Of a DNA stretch of 64,000 bases, positions 45,014 through 59,796 are shown one piece after another. Position 1 is the first letter of the stretch. The number at the start of each line of letters is the position of its first letter. The notes under the pieces were generated by a model. That model saw only the letters and a program-made list of their open reading frames with translations. It was not told where the DNA came from and did not search any database. Position numbers and translations under genes: made by a program. This stretch comes from Aplysia californica (taxonomy: Eukaryota), in the NCBI RefSeq assembly GCF_000002075.1, contig NW_004797730.1, positions 187,902 through 251,901 of the forward strand, in the 5' to 3' direction.

Positions 45014-47794
45014 TTATTCATCACCAGTAATCAAAGTATTATACTACGGCATGGAGCTCTGAGTTTTACATGAGAAACAATGTTAGAAGGTAAACTTATT
45101 ATTTGAAATATCACTTCAGTCTTTTTTTTTTACATTGTTGTATTCACTTTTCCCCCCTTCTTTAGATACTCTTGTAAACAATAGCCAGGCCGTTTGCCTT
45201 CAAAGTGCAAGCCCCTTCCATACGATCCCTGATATTGGTCACTGAATATAGCTAACGGTAATTTTAAGCAACAGTCACCCATATGGTCGCTTTTACGCAC
45301 ATGTGGGCTATCCCGAAAAATGCCGTTTTGAGAAAATTGAAGGTAAAGTTTTTGGACCCTTGTTCAGTATCTTTAAAAGACTTGGAGACTTTTCTCTACA
45401 AGCAAACAAATATAGGCTTACACACCAATGAAACCAAACTTCTCCTATAGGTAGGGCAATGCCCACTTTTGGTGTAGGTCAAAATTTCTGGAAACCCCAA
45501 AAAATCTGAGTTAGCGCGCTTGTCTTTAAATTAAAAGCGACCATAATAATATAATCCCTGATATTGGTAACTAAATACAGCGTATCGCACTCCATGCAAC
45601 AAAGTTACCCAATATATTGATGCCTTTAAAATGGGAAATAACTATTGTAGTACATAATGTTTAACGGTTATTACGTTCCCTCAGTGGTTCTATGACCAAA
45701 ATACTGGGACTGAACCTGTAAATTACAAATAGTATCTTTTTGACATCGAAGAGGAAGATGGGACCGGCGAAATATTACGAGGCTCAAGGCACAGGACATG
45801 TTAGTTCCTTTATTCACATTCACGGGCAGAATGGAGCCACCCCCACCACCTCCTTATTTAAATTACATCGATCGACGGAGGTGTAAAACAGCTACAATTA
45901 ATTATTATGAGCAGATCACCCAGATATATAATATATTTCTTATTAAGTTGAAAGTGATTATAAGACGCACACTGCTTTCAGTTTCTGTAAATGATTAATT
46001 AATTGCTACCACAGTAAGTACTGTAGTATATTGCTTGAAATTTATATTCGACTTACTCAAATTATCGTTTTAATTATATGTACTGAACGGAGTACATGCA
46101 CTTTTTTCTTGCACAGTGATATCCTTTTTACAGCAGCCTTGAGTGTGCAACTCCCCTCTTATTGTCCAATTGAATGTGTGACTCCTCCCCTCCCCCTTCT
46201 CGCTGTCTCCCTGAATGTAAACACCCCCCCTCTCTCTCTGTCTCACTGAATGTGACCCCAGCCCTCTCACTGTCTCCCTGAATGTGGTAGCTCCTTGCAA
46301 TCTCGTTGTCTCAATACAAAGTGTTTTGTTCACCATGGTTACTTTAGGAAGGTTTGAGTGGGNNNNNNNNNNNNNNNNNNNNNNNNNNNNNNNNNNNNNN
46401 NNNNNNNNNNNNNNNNNNNNNNNNNNNNNNNNNNNNNNNNNNNNNNNNNNNNNNNNNNNNNNNNNNNNNNNNNNNNNNNNNNNNNNNNNNNNNNNNNNNN
46501 NNNNNNNNNNNNNNNNNNNNNNNNNNNNNNNNNNNNNNNNNNNNNNNNNNNNNNNNNNNNNNNNNNNNNNNNNNNNNNNNNNNNNNNACCTTGTGGCTGC
46601 AAGGAGGAAGATTTATGAGTCACTTGAGAATACCGCTCTGCGTCCTGTGTAAACATGCTTTGATAATGTGATCCTGGGGGCAAAGATGATATACTACGCT
46701 GGCCCAGGTGGTTGAAAACTTGGCCAACTCATTTACGCTAAAATTTGATATTGAAGGGTGTAACTGGTAAGTCACTTTTTTTAGAATGCCGATGTCCACT
46801 TTCTCAGAACAAAACAACCGATGTTGTGACGACATGTCTCAAACCTTTTATTAAGTTTCCAACGGATATCTGACATTCTGTCCAAATGGACACAAAGCTT
46901 ATGGGCTCGGGAGTAACAATGAACCCCATTCCTATGGCCAGGAAGGGCAAACCGTCTATTAGAACTTTCAATTCAAGTCTGGCTTTTGTTGTTATGTACA
47001 CTGTCATCTACATGTTGCCTTCTCTTGATGCTGTTTCTCTCGCTTACATTCTCTTGCCCCGTTCTATGAACGGGTTGATGTACTTGTGCTATGAAATAGT
47101 TGTAAGAGAGCCTGAAGAAGCTAAAATGCCAACAACACAAAATCCATAATTTTGAGCCGAATTGGGACTTTTGGTGTGTAGCCCCCACCCACCCCCCTTA
47201 ATTATTTGTTTGTTTACTCCTTCTTTTCTTTACTTTGCATATTCCCCCCTCTCCTATCTTTTCGTTCACTAGTTTATTAATTTGTTTCTTTTTCCCCAGA
47301 CCCACTCATCCATTTACCCATCTATTCACCACCATTCCATCTTTTCTACACCCAATACACATTATTTTCTTTTTCTATCTTCTAACATTCGCACCCATCG
47401 ATCAACAGCTATGTGTGTTTATTAATATCCATTTGTTCCCACAACTCACTTTGGCAGTAAGTTTAGTCTTCCCCAGGTCGAGGAGCAATAATAATATTAT
47501 GTCTATTCTCACTTCCCCAGCAATCAGTCTTGTCCAGCTTTTACCCCGTTGCTAGATTCAAGCTAAACACTTACTGTCAAAGTGAAGAAACATTCACCCA
47601 GGCATAAAATCAGCATTAGTCAGAATTGATTTTTTTCCATGATTTAGACAGAACAAATTATTACAGGGACTGATTTTCCATTCGCTGCCGCGAAAATCCT
47701 TTAATGAGTCTCCTTTCTCTGTGAGCTGCTCTTACTGACTACCAGCAGAAGCGAAAGTAAACAATGTACACGGAATTTCATTTTGTAACCTTTT

Positions 47795-47797
<3 letters not shown>

Positions 47798-47872
<75 letters not shown>
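47798..47872. repeat. (TA)n microsatellite
   Basis: Direct observation. Confidence 0.95.
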
Positions 47873-47875
<3 letters not shown>

Positions 47876-48212
47876 AATAGGTAGAATTAATTTTAAAAAG
47901 TCATTTCTAACAAAGTGATCAGGTTTTTTATTTTGTGAAATTCGGTAGCAGGGCTAAGGGGTCAATAGTGAATACGGTATCTACAGTGTGGGTGGCACTT
48001 GAGCGTTATGCAACATGCTTGGCGTGTGTGGAAATCCGAAATTTCAGAAGGACCGAGTTTCAAACGTCTGTGAGCGATTCCTGAAGCTTTCTGCATGGCA
48101 AAAACGAGAGTAGAAGAATGCACCTCTGGCTACGAACTGTACTCACTTGTCTGCCTACATAAGCCGCCGTTTCAACAATATTTTACGTACAGGTATTACC
48201 GCGCCAAGCAAC

Positions 48213-48482
48213 ATGCTACCACGACAAAAGTTGAACGACTTCGACAGGACCCGGGCAATTGCCTGGCTGCAGGATGGAGTTGGCGCACGCGAAGTGTCAC
48301 GCAGACTTCAGGTATCACACTCCACCATCATACGGCTGAGGCAGCGGTTCGCGGTGACAGGAAGAGTCCAGGAGTGGCATTGCACGGGTCGTCCCAAGAA
48401 AACGACAGCAAGAAAGGATCGCTACATCCAGCACCAAGCCATACATCAGCGGACTAGCTTTGTCAGCGTCATCAGACCTTGA
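48213..48482 (+). mobile_element. Tc1 transposase N-terminal (paired-like HTH) fragment of an internally deleted element
   Basis: MLPRQKLNDFDRTRAIAWLQDGVGAREVSRRLQVSHSTIIRLRQRFAVTGRV...TGRPKKTTARKDRYI: a typical Tc1 DNA-binding region with GRP motif; no catalytic domain follows. Confidence 0.82.
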
Positions 48483-49290
48483 CTGCCTTGCCATGAATGG
48501 TGGGCACGCACCCTTCTGACAATTCCACTGACATTCACGAACTTAAACTGGTCGTTGTCTTTGATATTGCTGAGAATTTTTGAAATCCTTTCTTTGGGGA
48601 TTTTCGAATTTGAGGGTGGGTCCCTTTTGAGCGTTGGGAATTACGCATTTCGGTTTTGATTGTGATGGAATTTCTTTTTTTTTCATCTATGGATTAATGA
48701 TATAATGTTTGTCAAAGAATGAATAATCTGCTTTGCTGGTTTTTAAAAAATATTTTACTTGCACTTGCAAGTGGTCCTTAGCTTTTTGAGAAGACTNNNN
48801 NNNNNNNNNNNNNNNNNNNNNNNNNNNNNNNNNNNNNNNNNNNNNNNNNNNNNNNNNNNNNNNNNNNNNNNNNNNNNNNNNNNNNNNNNNNNNNNNNNNN
48901 NNNNNNNNNNNNNNNNNNNNNNNNNNNNNNNNNNNNNNNNNNNNNNNNNNNNNNNNNNNNNNNNNNNNNNNNNNNNNNNNNNNNNNNNNNNNNNNNNNNN
49001 NNNNNNNNNNNNNNNNNNNNNNNNNNNNNNNNNNNNNNNNNNNNNNNNNNNNNNNNNNNNNNNNNNNNNNNNNNNNNNNNNNNNNNNNNNNNNNNNNNNN
49101 NNNNNNNNNNNNNNNNNNNNNNNNTGGTATGGTCAGCTGAAATTAAAAAAAAATGAATTATAAAAAACAAAAACAAAACAAAACTGGGAAAAAGAAAAAC
49201 AACAACAAGAAAGAACCCAATGACACTAGAAAATGGCATACGCAGAAAGCAGTGCAGTAACACGTCGATCTCTTGGAATTGGAATATATA

Positions 49291-49727
49291 TGTAAGGAAG
49301 CGAGGTGGAATCAGGCTCTCGTCAATTTTTGGGCACATACAGTTATTGGTATCATCTTAAAGCTTGCTCAGTGGTCTTTATTTGGATGAAAAAAATATCC
49401 GTTTATCTTAAATACAAGTCGAGATATTTGAGAATGAAGGAGGTGGGGGTCACCTGTTTTCAGAGGTAAAATTAGTGAGAAAATGGCCGCCAAGGATTAA
49501 TTATTTCCTTAGCTTAAGAGTTCGTGGTAACTGAAAATTTACATCTTTTGTGTCTTTAATCAACGTTTTTCAGAAAAACCCACACAGAAATGAGTTCTTT
49601 AATGGGCATAAAAGGTGTTGAGCCCAAAAACAAAAATCTGATAAAAATCCACAAACCTGTGGAAAAATGCAAGTTTCTTCACTTTGATGATTTTGACGAG
49701 AGCCTGATTCCACCACGCTGCCTCACG
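49291..49727. mobile_element. MITE family A
   Basis: TIRs, TA/TA flanks. Confidence 0.92.
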
Positions 49728-50014
49728 TATATATATCTCTCCTTGCACTGTACCCTGAGGTTAGCCTGAGGGTTCCAGGTTCAGCCTCTGCGAAATCCGT
49801 AAATTTAACCAAAAAATTGATAAAAGTCACCTTGTCTCTCTGACACATGCTTACTCTGATCACAAAAAGGACGGTTATAAGAGTACCTGTCACCTTCAAA
49901 ATAATTGCTTTATTAATTTTAAACAAGAACAATGACCGAATAAATCACTACCCAGCCAGACATCATAATACTTTCTACTGTAACAGTCAGAAGAAAGCGT
50001 GAACCGACATAATA

Positions 50015-50459
50015 TGTGAGGCATCGTGGTGCAATCAGGCTCTCGTCAATTGTTGGGCTTGTTGGGCATGTATAGTTATTGTATAATTTTAAAGCTTGTT
50101 CACTTGCCTTTTTGGGGATTAAAAAAATATCCATTTGTCTTGAATACAAGTCGAGATATTTGCGAATGAAGGAGGTAGGGGTCACCTGTTTTCAGAGGTA
50201 AAATTAGTGAGAAAATGGCCGCCAAAGATTAGTTATTTCCTTAGCTTAAAAGTTCGTGGTAACTGAAAATTTACATCTTTTGTGTCTTTAATCAACGTTT
50301 TTCAGAAAAATCCACACAGAAATGAGTTATTTAATGGGCATGAAAGGTGTTGAGCCCAAAAACAAAAATCTGATAAAAATTCACAAACCTGCGGAAAAAT
50401 GCAAGTTTCTTCACTTTGATTATTTTGACGAGAGCCTGATTCCACCACGCTGCCTCACA
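50015..50459. mobile_element. MITE family A
   Basis: TIRs; small internal duplication (ttgttgggc x2). Confidence 0.92.
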
Positions 50460-50822
50460 GATACAGACAATGTTAACAATGTTAACCGTGTTTCGAACTT
50501 GCAGATTAAGAAATCAAAGACCGTTTAACAAGCAGATCTCTGTTAATGAGGCTGATATATAGATTTAACGGTACAATGAACGATTTACTTACTAAGATTG
50601 TTACGCCGACCAGCAAGCTCTGCGAGCTAAGAAGTTATTGTGTCTAGCTGTTCTGGTAAAAGTCTGCTTGAGTCATCCTTAAAAGTGTCTCTTTTGCCCA
50701 TGAAGTTAAAGTCATTCGCATGTTTTATTGCATCGTAAGTTCTAGAAGGAGGGATTAAGTTGACTTTTATCATTTCATCTTTTGTTCGGGGTGATGGACT
50801 ATCAGACATGTAAACAAATGCG

Positions 50823-51110
50823 TGGTCACGACACGTCATAATCAGATGCTCTTCAGTTTTGGGATATATGGAACTATTGTGGTATTATTTTAAAGGTAGT
50901 TCATTTGCCTTGATTTTGACGAAAAAATTACCTATCTATCATGAATAAAAGTAGAAATATTTGCGAGTGAAAGAAGTGGGGTCACCTGATGTCAGAGGCA
51001 AAAACAGCAAGAATACGGCTGTCATAGATTGTTGACTTCAAAACTTGAGTGTCCCTGGAAACTGCAAATTTACAGTTTGTGTGCTTTAGATCAACCCTTT
51101 AAAAACGTTA
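50823..51110. mobile_element. Partial, old MITE family A copy
   Basis: Collinear similarity (ggggtcacctg, ttgagtgtccctggaaactg); right end missing. Confidence 0.6.
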
Positions 51111-53587
51111 AAAATGTCGAGTTTGAAAAAAAATTCTTTAAACCATTGGCCGATGGGTGGAGAATTGTTGAATTCTTCTATTACNNNNNNNNNNNNNNNN
51201 NNNNNNNNNNNNNNNNNNNNNNNNNNNNNNNNNNNNNNNNNNNNNNNNNNNNNNNNNNNNNNNNNNNNNNNNNNNNNNNNNNNNNNNNNNNNNNNNNNNN
51301 NNNNNNNNNNNNNNNNNNNNNNNNNNNNNNNNNNNNNNNNNNNNNNNNNNTGCAACAAGAAAAGCTCTGACATAATTATAATGTAGAAATATCTAGTTCA
51401 GAGTTCCCGTTACATATCTAAGAAATAATATTTTTCAAAAGCCACCCCCCTCCTCCAATCTTAAAACCTTCAAACCCTTTAAAAAAAACAACAGCAACAC
51501 CACCACCACCACACCACNNNNNNNNNNNNNNNNNNNNNNNNNNNNNNNNNNNNNNNNNNNNNNNNNNNNNNNNNNNNNNNNNNNNNNNNNNNNNNNNNNN
51601 NNNNNNNNNNNNNNNNNNNNNNNNNNNNNNNNNNNNNNNNNNNNNNNNNNNNNNNNNNNNNNNNNNNNNNNNNNNNNNNNNNNNNNNNNNNNNNNNNNNN
51701 NNNNNNNNNNNNNNNNNNNNNNNNNNNNNNNNNNNNNNNNNNNNNNNNNNNNNNNNNNNNNNNNNNNNNNNNNNNNNNNNNNNNNNNNNNNNNNNNNNNN
51801 NNNNNNNNNNNNNNNNNNNNNNNNNNNNNNNNNNNNNNNNNNNNNNNNNNNNNNNNNNNNNNNNNNNNNNNNNNNNNNNNNNNNNNNNNNNNNNNNNNNN
51901 NNNNNNNNNNNNNNNNNNNNNNNNNNNNNNNNNNNNNNNNNNNNNNNNNNNNNNNNNNNNNNNNNNNNNNNNNNNNNNNNNNNNNNNNNNNNNNNNNNNN
52001 NNNNNNNNNNNNNNNNNNNNNNNNNNNNNNNNNNNNNNNNNNNNNNNNNNNNNNNNNNNNNNNNNNNNNNNNNNNNNNNNNNNNNNNNNNNNNNNNNNNN
52101 NNNNNNNNNNNNNNNNNNNNNNNNNNNNNNNNNNNNNNNNNNNNNNNNNNNNNNNNNNNNNNNNNNNNNNNNNNNNNNNNNNNATTCCCCCCTTAAAAAA
52201 AACAACAACCAAAAATCCCCAAAAGATAACAAGAAAAAAGCCTTATGAGAAAACTTGATACGATGTGATAGCCTTTAACCCTGTAAAACAAGAGCTTCAT
52301 TTTTTATTTGTGTGAAGAAAAGCGATGTTTCACGTAGGTGTGCACACTGATACCAAAATGAATCCCAGCACTGTTACTTCAAGCAACCGTTTTGGTTCCA
52401 TTTTTGGACCGTCTTGGAGTGGAGGCTGTATCTGTGTGGGTGTGCGCCATTGGGAGGTTGTGGAATTTTTCTTTGTTTTTTTTATGGGGGGTGGGGGGTG
52501 TGGGGTGTGGGTGGAGGGCAGTGTCTTGAAGAAAAGCAAACCAGATCCAATTTACTGATGGGCTTTGCCACTAGGGTATATGCTACGTCGCTTCTCGTCT
52601 GACTGGAACCAAGGGAGCTAATCTTGTAAAAAGGAAACCTTTTACTTCCTGCTTGTTGGGTGAAAAAAAAGCCCTCCAAAAAAACCCCAACCCAACGCAA
52701 CCCAACCCAATAAGTTGGCACAGTGTCTGAAGAATGCTGACGGCTTCCATAATGAAAAAAGATAGTAATTAGTACCGTTGTCAAAGTATGACTTCTTTCA
52801 AAACGTTCAACTCAGTGCCCAAATTAACCTTCGTCCCTTCTCCTCTGACCATCTGCTTGGGTCTAGTTCCCGTTATAGTATTATGTTATTTGGAGAAAGT
52901 GGCTAGATGGATGAACTAGACAGCCAAGTTAATGCCCGCCTCACTTCCCTGGGCTGAGGGTGTTTGGCGGGTTTCAAGAGTGGTTAGGAATCGATGGGAG
53001 GGGGCCAGATTTCTACAGCAGGGGAAAGTGGAACCCGTTGTTGCCTTTCGACAATAAGAAAAGCGTTTGAGGAAGGGCCGCAAATCAATGCGACGAAATG
53101 AAAGCTAGGAGATGGAACCGACAGATGGTTACTCAAAGGGCGGGAAAAATAAACCTTCAACACTTTGAGGGATCTACAAATTAATTAGATGGAAAGCCCA
53201 TATGGATAGAAGGTCAAGAAAAGAAAAGAGGTCCATCAAGGGTAACAACTTTTTGTCCCTTTTGATACGGTAACTGAAAGTCTACGTTTGTCTGTTTTCT
53301 AAATATTGCCGAGGATAAAAAAAATATGGTTAGCTATGACTGTGAACCCATTTGAACGTATGTATAATATATGTAAATNNNNNNNNNNNNNNNNNNNNNN
53401 NNNNNNNNNNNNNNNNNNNNNNNNNNNNNNNNNNNNNNNNNNNNNNNNNNNNNNNNNNNNNNNNNNNNNNNNNNNNNNNNNNNNNNNNNNNNNNNNNNNN
53501 NNNNNNNNNNNNNNNNNNNNNNNNNNNNNNNNNNNNNNNNNNNNNNNNNNNNNNNNNNNNNNNNNNNNNNNNNNNNNNNNNNNNNNN

Positions 53588-53620
<33 letters not shown>

Positions 53621-54562
53621 ATATATGTAACAAACCATAATAATATGTGACAAAAACAATGAATGAAAGATGTCAGATGACAATGGCTATCTTTTTAAAG
53701 GAAACGGTCTTTTTTAAATTGTCTTTTTAAAACAACACCCCAAACAAACAAGCAAATAAGCAAACACAAAAATAAACAAACTAGCACATAAACAACAAAA
53801 ACAAATCCAGAACAAACAAAGCAAATTCTACTAAAGGGATAACAACAACAAAAAGAACAATCACAAAATGACAATAACAAAAAACAACAACAACGAAAAC
53901 AAAAACAAAAAAACCCAGAATAGACAATCTTATTTAAAACTCACTTGATCTAATATGCTACTTGCTTTATTTCGTGAGTCATAGTACAAATTTAAATCTT
54001 TTTAGCTTTTAAGTGCAGAAAAAAGACACAAAAAAGGGATAAAAGTACCAACCAACAGGGTTCATCAACAGCTCGTCTTTCTCTTTTCTGAAGAAGTGCC
54101 ATAGGAAACAATCTTATCATAATCATCATGAAGCATGCGGCTCGTTCGGATCACTGGTTATTATTAGGTGAAGGCAAAGAATGAAAGCTAAAACCAACTT
54201 GTGTTTGATTTTGACTTAAGAGAAGCACATCGACACAATAACGGTCTTATAGTACATGTACAGAGAAGAAGCAAGACATAAACAGAAACAACAGAGGGAA
54301 AGAAAAGAAGTCGGGCCTACCTGTGATTCCCTCCAGCCTCCCATAATATCAACCCAATAGCCTATAAATACACCCCCCCCCCTCTACAAAAAATAAATTT
54401 CTCCCAAAACTAACAAAGAAACAAACAAACAAATAAACAAATGAACAAATTAACCCCAAAACCAAACCAAACCGAACAAACAAACAACAACACAAGAATA
54501 AAAAATTTGGTCAGTCTATAAAATCATGTCAGTAAATGAATAATAAGAAATCACAACGATAT

Positions 54563-54787
54563 TTAAGTCCCCCCCCCCACATGTGCACATATACACATAT
54601 TTATACACAAATAATAAATAAAGCCTACAAGGGCAAACTCTAAGTCCCCCCCCCTCCCCCACATATACACATATTTATACACAAATAATAAATAAAGCCT
54701 ACAAGGGCAAACTCTAAGTCCCCCCCTCCCCCACATATACACATATTTATACACAAATGATAAATAAAGCCTACAAGGGCAAACTCT
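54563..54787. repeat. Minisatellite, 3 x ~72-77 bp
   Basis: Unit TAAGTC(C)n..CACATATACACATATTTATACACAAATAATAAATAAAGCCTACAAGGGCAAACTC repeated three times. Confidence 0.93.
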
Positions 54788-56556
54788 ATTGGTCACACGA
54801 AAAGATTAATTGAGGACTAGTGTCTTTCTTTTACTTGTTCACAGGGACTGCGTCGTTTCGTTTCCCCGAAAAACAGTTGAAAAATGCTATCAGTGCGTGT
54901 TTACAGCCGAGTTTGCTGCAAGTGGTACTGATGAACGAAATGGAAGAAGCTAAACAAATGATCAAGACTAGAGCAAAAATAGAAATTGGGGCTAAAAAGG
55001 AGAAGACGGTTTCGTTGAGGACATACATTTTGACAGACATTGTGCCCTTGAGAAAAAAACGAAAGTTGGATCGCGTAATAACATGTGCACTCAGTCTTTT
55101 TTCGCGTTTTCCTTTCTATGTTTGACAAAACTATTCAGAGACGTGATATGATGAACCCATTGCGTTTAGATACCTGGAGTGCAATGAATGTGGAGAAAAG
55201 ATCATCAATGGCGCTCATTAGTCGAGACTAAAAGACTCTTCGATGTGGTGAATGATGTCTAGAAAATATCAAAGAATGGCTGAGAAGCTTTAATGAATGT
55301 TCCTTGATTTCTCATGGAAGCGAAAAACATGGAAAGCCGACGAAAGCTGAGAGATTGGGCTGTTCTCATTACTGACTATCCATAGAACAAATAAGTCACT
55401 CATTGCTCATAAGGAAGATAATCATCGAAATAATGATTCTTGCTCAGAGCAGAGGAGAATTAATAGCTGGAAAAAATTCTGGAATCTTAGATTTTCAAGA
55501 AGATGCCTTTCATAAATTGTTTGTAATCTTAGAGAAAAACACACTTTATTTGTTGCCCTTATTTAAAAAAAATCTTGGAGAGCTCAACACTATGCCACTG
55601 TTAAAAGAACTCGCTCACCCGAAGGCAAAACGATCCCCCCCCCTCCTCAGATCCATAATACGGGTTGTCCTTTGATTCAACTGTTCCCTACCCGAGGAAA
55701 TACTCTGACAAAAAAACAAACAAACAACAACACACAACAAACAAACGAACAAACAAAAGCACGAAAGAACGACCGAACGAACAAACAAAGTGCGAAAAAG
55801 CAAAACATAACTACCCCCCCCCCTCAATAAAAGATAATAATTTCATATTAAAAAACCAAAAAAACAACCAAAAACTCCAGAAACATTCTAGTGTGTATAA
55901 ATAAAGAAAACAGTTTTACTTTTAACAGTTTTTGTTCGATGGCTTAGCTCGGGAACTAGATTCTATTCTATCTGGCCTTTTTGCGAGAAAGTCTTTTGAT
56001 TGCCATGTTTAGTTCGTACTCCCCCCCTCCTCCTCCCCCCCTCCCCAACCTGATACCCCATTAAGATGCCTAATCAAAGCAGATGGCATTACTAAGTCTT
56101 GTACTGGATAAAGCATTATATAAATTATATATAAGTATATGTATATTCATCTATATAATATATAATGTACATATGAAAATATTCTTTCACATTTCTTTCT
56201 CTTAGTGGAAAAGTTCTCAAGACCTGTCAGTGAATTCTCCCCTCGGGAATTTTTTAATATTTCATCGAATGAACCATCAGTGGAGACTCCCGATGCTGGA
56301 GGGGTTGGGAATACCCCACGCTGGTACAAGCTCCAGTCCTCTTGTCATTGGAAACGACGACCCAGGCCACCTCTCTGCGAAGGATCGACTTCGGATGGAA
56401 CCTTTCGACAGTTCTATTTCCGTCACTGGAATTTTCAGTGGCAAGACCAAGGCAAATATATCGACAAAACAGGAGAGCTCTTGTCAGCCCCGGGAAGCGA
56501 GGACACCCGAGGGGCCAAAGTATGGCGGGACCTTCAGGGGGAGATCCATATGAGAG

Positions 56557-57019
56557 TGTGAGGCATCGTGGGGAAATCAGGCGCTCGTCAAAATTATGAA
56601 ATCGAAGATATCAGCATTTTTTCGCAGGTTGGGCAATTTTATCGAATTTTAGTGTTTTTGGGGTGTTTTTTTCTTCTTTTTTTTTGGCTCAACGCCCTTC
56701 ACGCCCATTTAAGGACACATATCGGTGTGGTATTTACTGAAAAACGCTGATCAAATGGGCAACAAATGTACAATTGCAGTTTCCAAAGACGCTCAAGCTT
56801 TGGAAGTCACCAAACTTTGGCAGCCATTTTCTCGCTACTATTACCCCTGACACCAGGCGACCCCCACCTCCTTCAATCGCAAACATCTCGACTTCTATTC
56901 AACATAGTTAGATATCCCCCCCCCCAAAAAAAAAGCGAATGAACAGGTTTTAAGATGATACCACTAACCCCATAAGCCCGAAAAAAGACGAGCGCCTGAT
57001 TCCACCGTGTCGTGACACA
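56557..57019. mobile_element. Diverged MITE family A copy (older subfamily)
   Basis: Collinear with family A; degenerate TIRs. Confidence 0.8.
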
Positions 57020-59360
57020 TATACACCACACGACTCCAGGACGAAACCCCCCCCCCACACACACACCTTTTCCACGTTGCAGTCGGTTCTGGTTTACTCC
57101 TGTCGTTTTGATGATGTTTCGGTATCGTTTCTAGTTCAAGGTTCTTTCAAGTAACCGCTACACCTTTCACTTATACTGTTTTTGCCATTGGTTTCCATGT
57201 TTGTTTGTTTGTTGGTATTTTTTTTTTGGGGGGGGGGGTATTTTGATCTCTCTTTATCCAATTTTCAATGTAAAAGTTAAAAAAAAATATTCGTCAATTC
57301 CAGTGTCTTCTCAAGGCAGAGGATTCAATTTGGAATTAAAGATTTTTACAATAATCATGTTTCATATCGGTGTTATTTATTTCTGTTTCGCATCGTTTCG
57401 TCTGCTATTGTATTTTCCGCCGAAACATCGATTGTCGTTCAAAGGACCACACCAGATTGCCAGTTCACACCCAGGCGCTCTCTGCCATTTCGCTGGCAGC
57501 ATTGGGCACCCAGGTCCTATCTCTGGGGACGCTGTGTTCTGTTCTTAATTATTCCTATCAACTATATTGGAAGTAATTACTGTTCAACCAAACTCTCTGA
57601 TCTGTTCTGTCATTCAATGGCTACTCAGAATAGAGCAACTGCATAAGGTCATATGAGCGCCGGAAGATTAGAGGCGTTACAAGAGAGTAACAAACACAAA
57701 AAAGAGGAATGGGAGATAAGGACGATAGATGTTTCATAGGAAAGAAGAAGCAAACCACACCAGAGCACCCGCCACCCACCCACACATGTTGCTTTGCACA
57801 TCCATCGACTAATGATATATCCTTTAGAAGGCCGGCTGTTTTGACTTTCGACCACGAAGAGCCAAATGTACTATCCGGGCGGAGAGACGGAATACCCCAT
57901 AAAAGAGACTTCCTCATGTGAGAATCGAGCTCTAGGCCTTTGCTTGGAAGGGCAAAAGGCCTAACCATTGCACAGAGNNNNNNNNNNNNNNNNNNNNNNN
58001 NNNNNNNNNNNNNNNNNNNNNNNNNNNNNNNNNNNNNNNNNNNNNNNNNNNNNNNNNNNNNNNNNNNNNNNNNNNNNNNNNNNNNNNNNNNNNNNNNNNN
58101 NNNNNNNNNNNNNNNNNNNNNNNNNNNNNNNNNNNNNNNNNNNNNNNNNNNNNNNNNNNNNNNNNNNNNNNNNNNNNNNNTTTTCCAGTATGGCAATGAG
58201 CGAACCAGCAAGATCCCCCCCACCCCCCACCCACCTGGGGTCCAGTCTGTCATTCAATGTGTTCAAAGTGCCTCTCCATAGATCTACATTATTTAAAAGC
58301 CAAAAAATTTTGTTTAAAAAATGGAGTTACTACAAAATGGCCCTAAGCTTTGGAACAGTAAGCTATCTCTTAGCTGAGATGACATTTTCAAGGAAAGACG
58401 AGTAAAATACATTGGAATTCACCATCTTCTAGTAGCTTCTTTGATTTATCGTTGCCTACGTCTTTTCTGAATGTGTATATTTTAAAAAAGTTCTTTTCCA
58501 CTGCGCTAAACTCACTAAACGGCCTTGCCAGTGTATTTTTCTCCACTCAAAAGAAATAACTCAGACTTCAGTTTGTAATCTGAGTGACGTACCACTGCTG
58601 CTGACCCTCGGTGCACTGTTTCCTGGCATGCCGATAATACATTTAATCTCTTCTATAATTAATAAAAAGGCTGGGGGTACCCTTTAAACTCCATTTCAAA
58701 GGGACGTTTTCTAATGACCCTTTTCACTCCAACATCGCCCGGGTACTCAGCTGGCTGTCAGTGCAAGCCGTTACTTCTGGCTGCTGTGAGTGGGTGGTCG
58801 AATAAGACCATCGCTTCGGCGGTAAGAGCCTTTACCCCCTGATCTGATTTACGGATTTGCCAGTCCACACGTTGTTATTTCCCACGGTCGTTTTAAACCG
58901 GACACCATGTTGTGTTCTTACCGAGACGTTCATTGGTGTTTTGGACTAGTTTTTCATTTGACTGCAATCACAGAAGTTGACTGGAAATGGTAAAATATAG
59001 TCCATTCCCGATATTTCCCATCAGTTCGAAGCAATGTCCTTCTTAACGGTCTAAATCAATCTAAATCGGGTTATTGAGGCTAGTAGTTGGACAACCTTGA
59101 TAAAGGAGGAGAGTCGTGTTAGAGGGAGTCATGTTACCAACGACCTTTTCAGGGAGGGCACTCGTCAGCCGGGAGAGGAGATTAGTCCAGCAAAGCCCCC
59201 TCATAAGCTGAGACCCCTCAGCTTTACGCAGAAAGACACAACATCATATCTCACCCCAACCTCCATTTAAGCCAATGTCGATAAAACTTCTTCAAGGCAA
59301 GTGGGAACTCTTTACACCGTCAGGGGGTGCTTCTACTTCTATCAGAGGAGCGCACACATA

Positions 59361-59796
59361 TGTGAGGCAGCGTGGTGGAATCAGGCTCTCGCCAAAATAA
59401 TCAAAGTGAAGAAACTTGCATTTTCCCGCAGGTTTGTGAATTTTAATGAAATTTTGTTTTTTGGTCTCACCACCTCTCATACCCATTAAAGAACTCATTT
59501 TTGAGGGATTTTTCTGAAAAACGTTGCTTAAAGGCACCCAAAAATGTAAATTTTCAGCTACCGCGGACTCTCAAGCTAAAGAAATAACTAATCTTTGGGC
59601 GGTCATTTCTCCCTAATTTTACCTCTGAAAACTGGTGACCCCCATCCCTTTCATTCGCAAATATTTCAACTTGTATTTAAGATAAATGGATATTTTTTCA
59701 TCCAAATAAAGACAAGTGAACAAGCTTTAAGATGATACCAATAACTCAACATGCCAAAAAATCGACGAGAGCCTGATTCCACCACGCTGCCTCACA
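59361..59796. mobile_element. MITE family A
   Basis: TIRs, TA/TA flanks. Confidence 0.93.

Noticed and set aside
54563-54787. Direct repeats that could suggest a CRISPR array
   Set aside because: Head-to-tail minisatellite without unique spacers; eukaryotic context; no cas genes.
54820-55500. Coding-like purine-rich segment
   Set aside because: Multiple stops and only faint resemblance to a decayed RTE ORF; too weak to call.
56205-56561. GC-richer stretch with overlapping ~110-aa ORFs
   Set aside because: No recognisable domain or convincing splice pair; cannot be supported as an exon.
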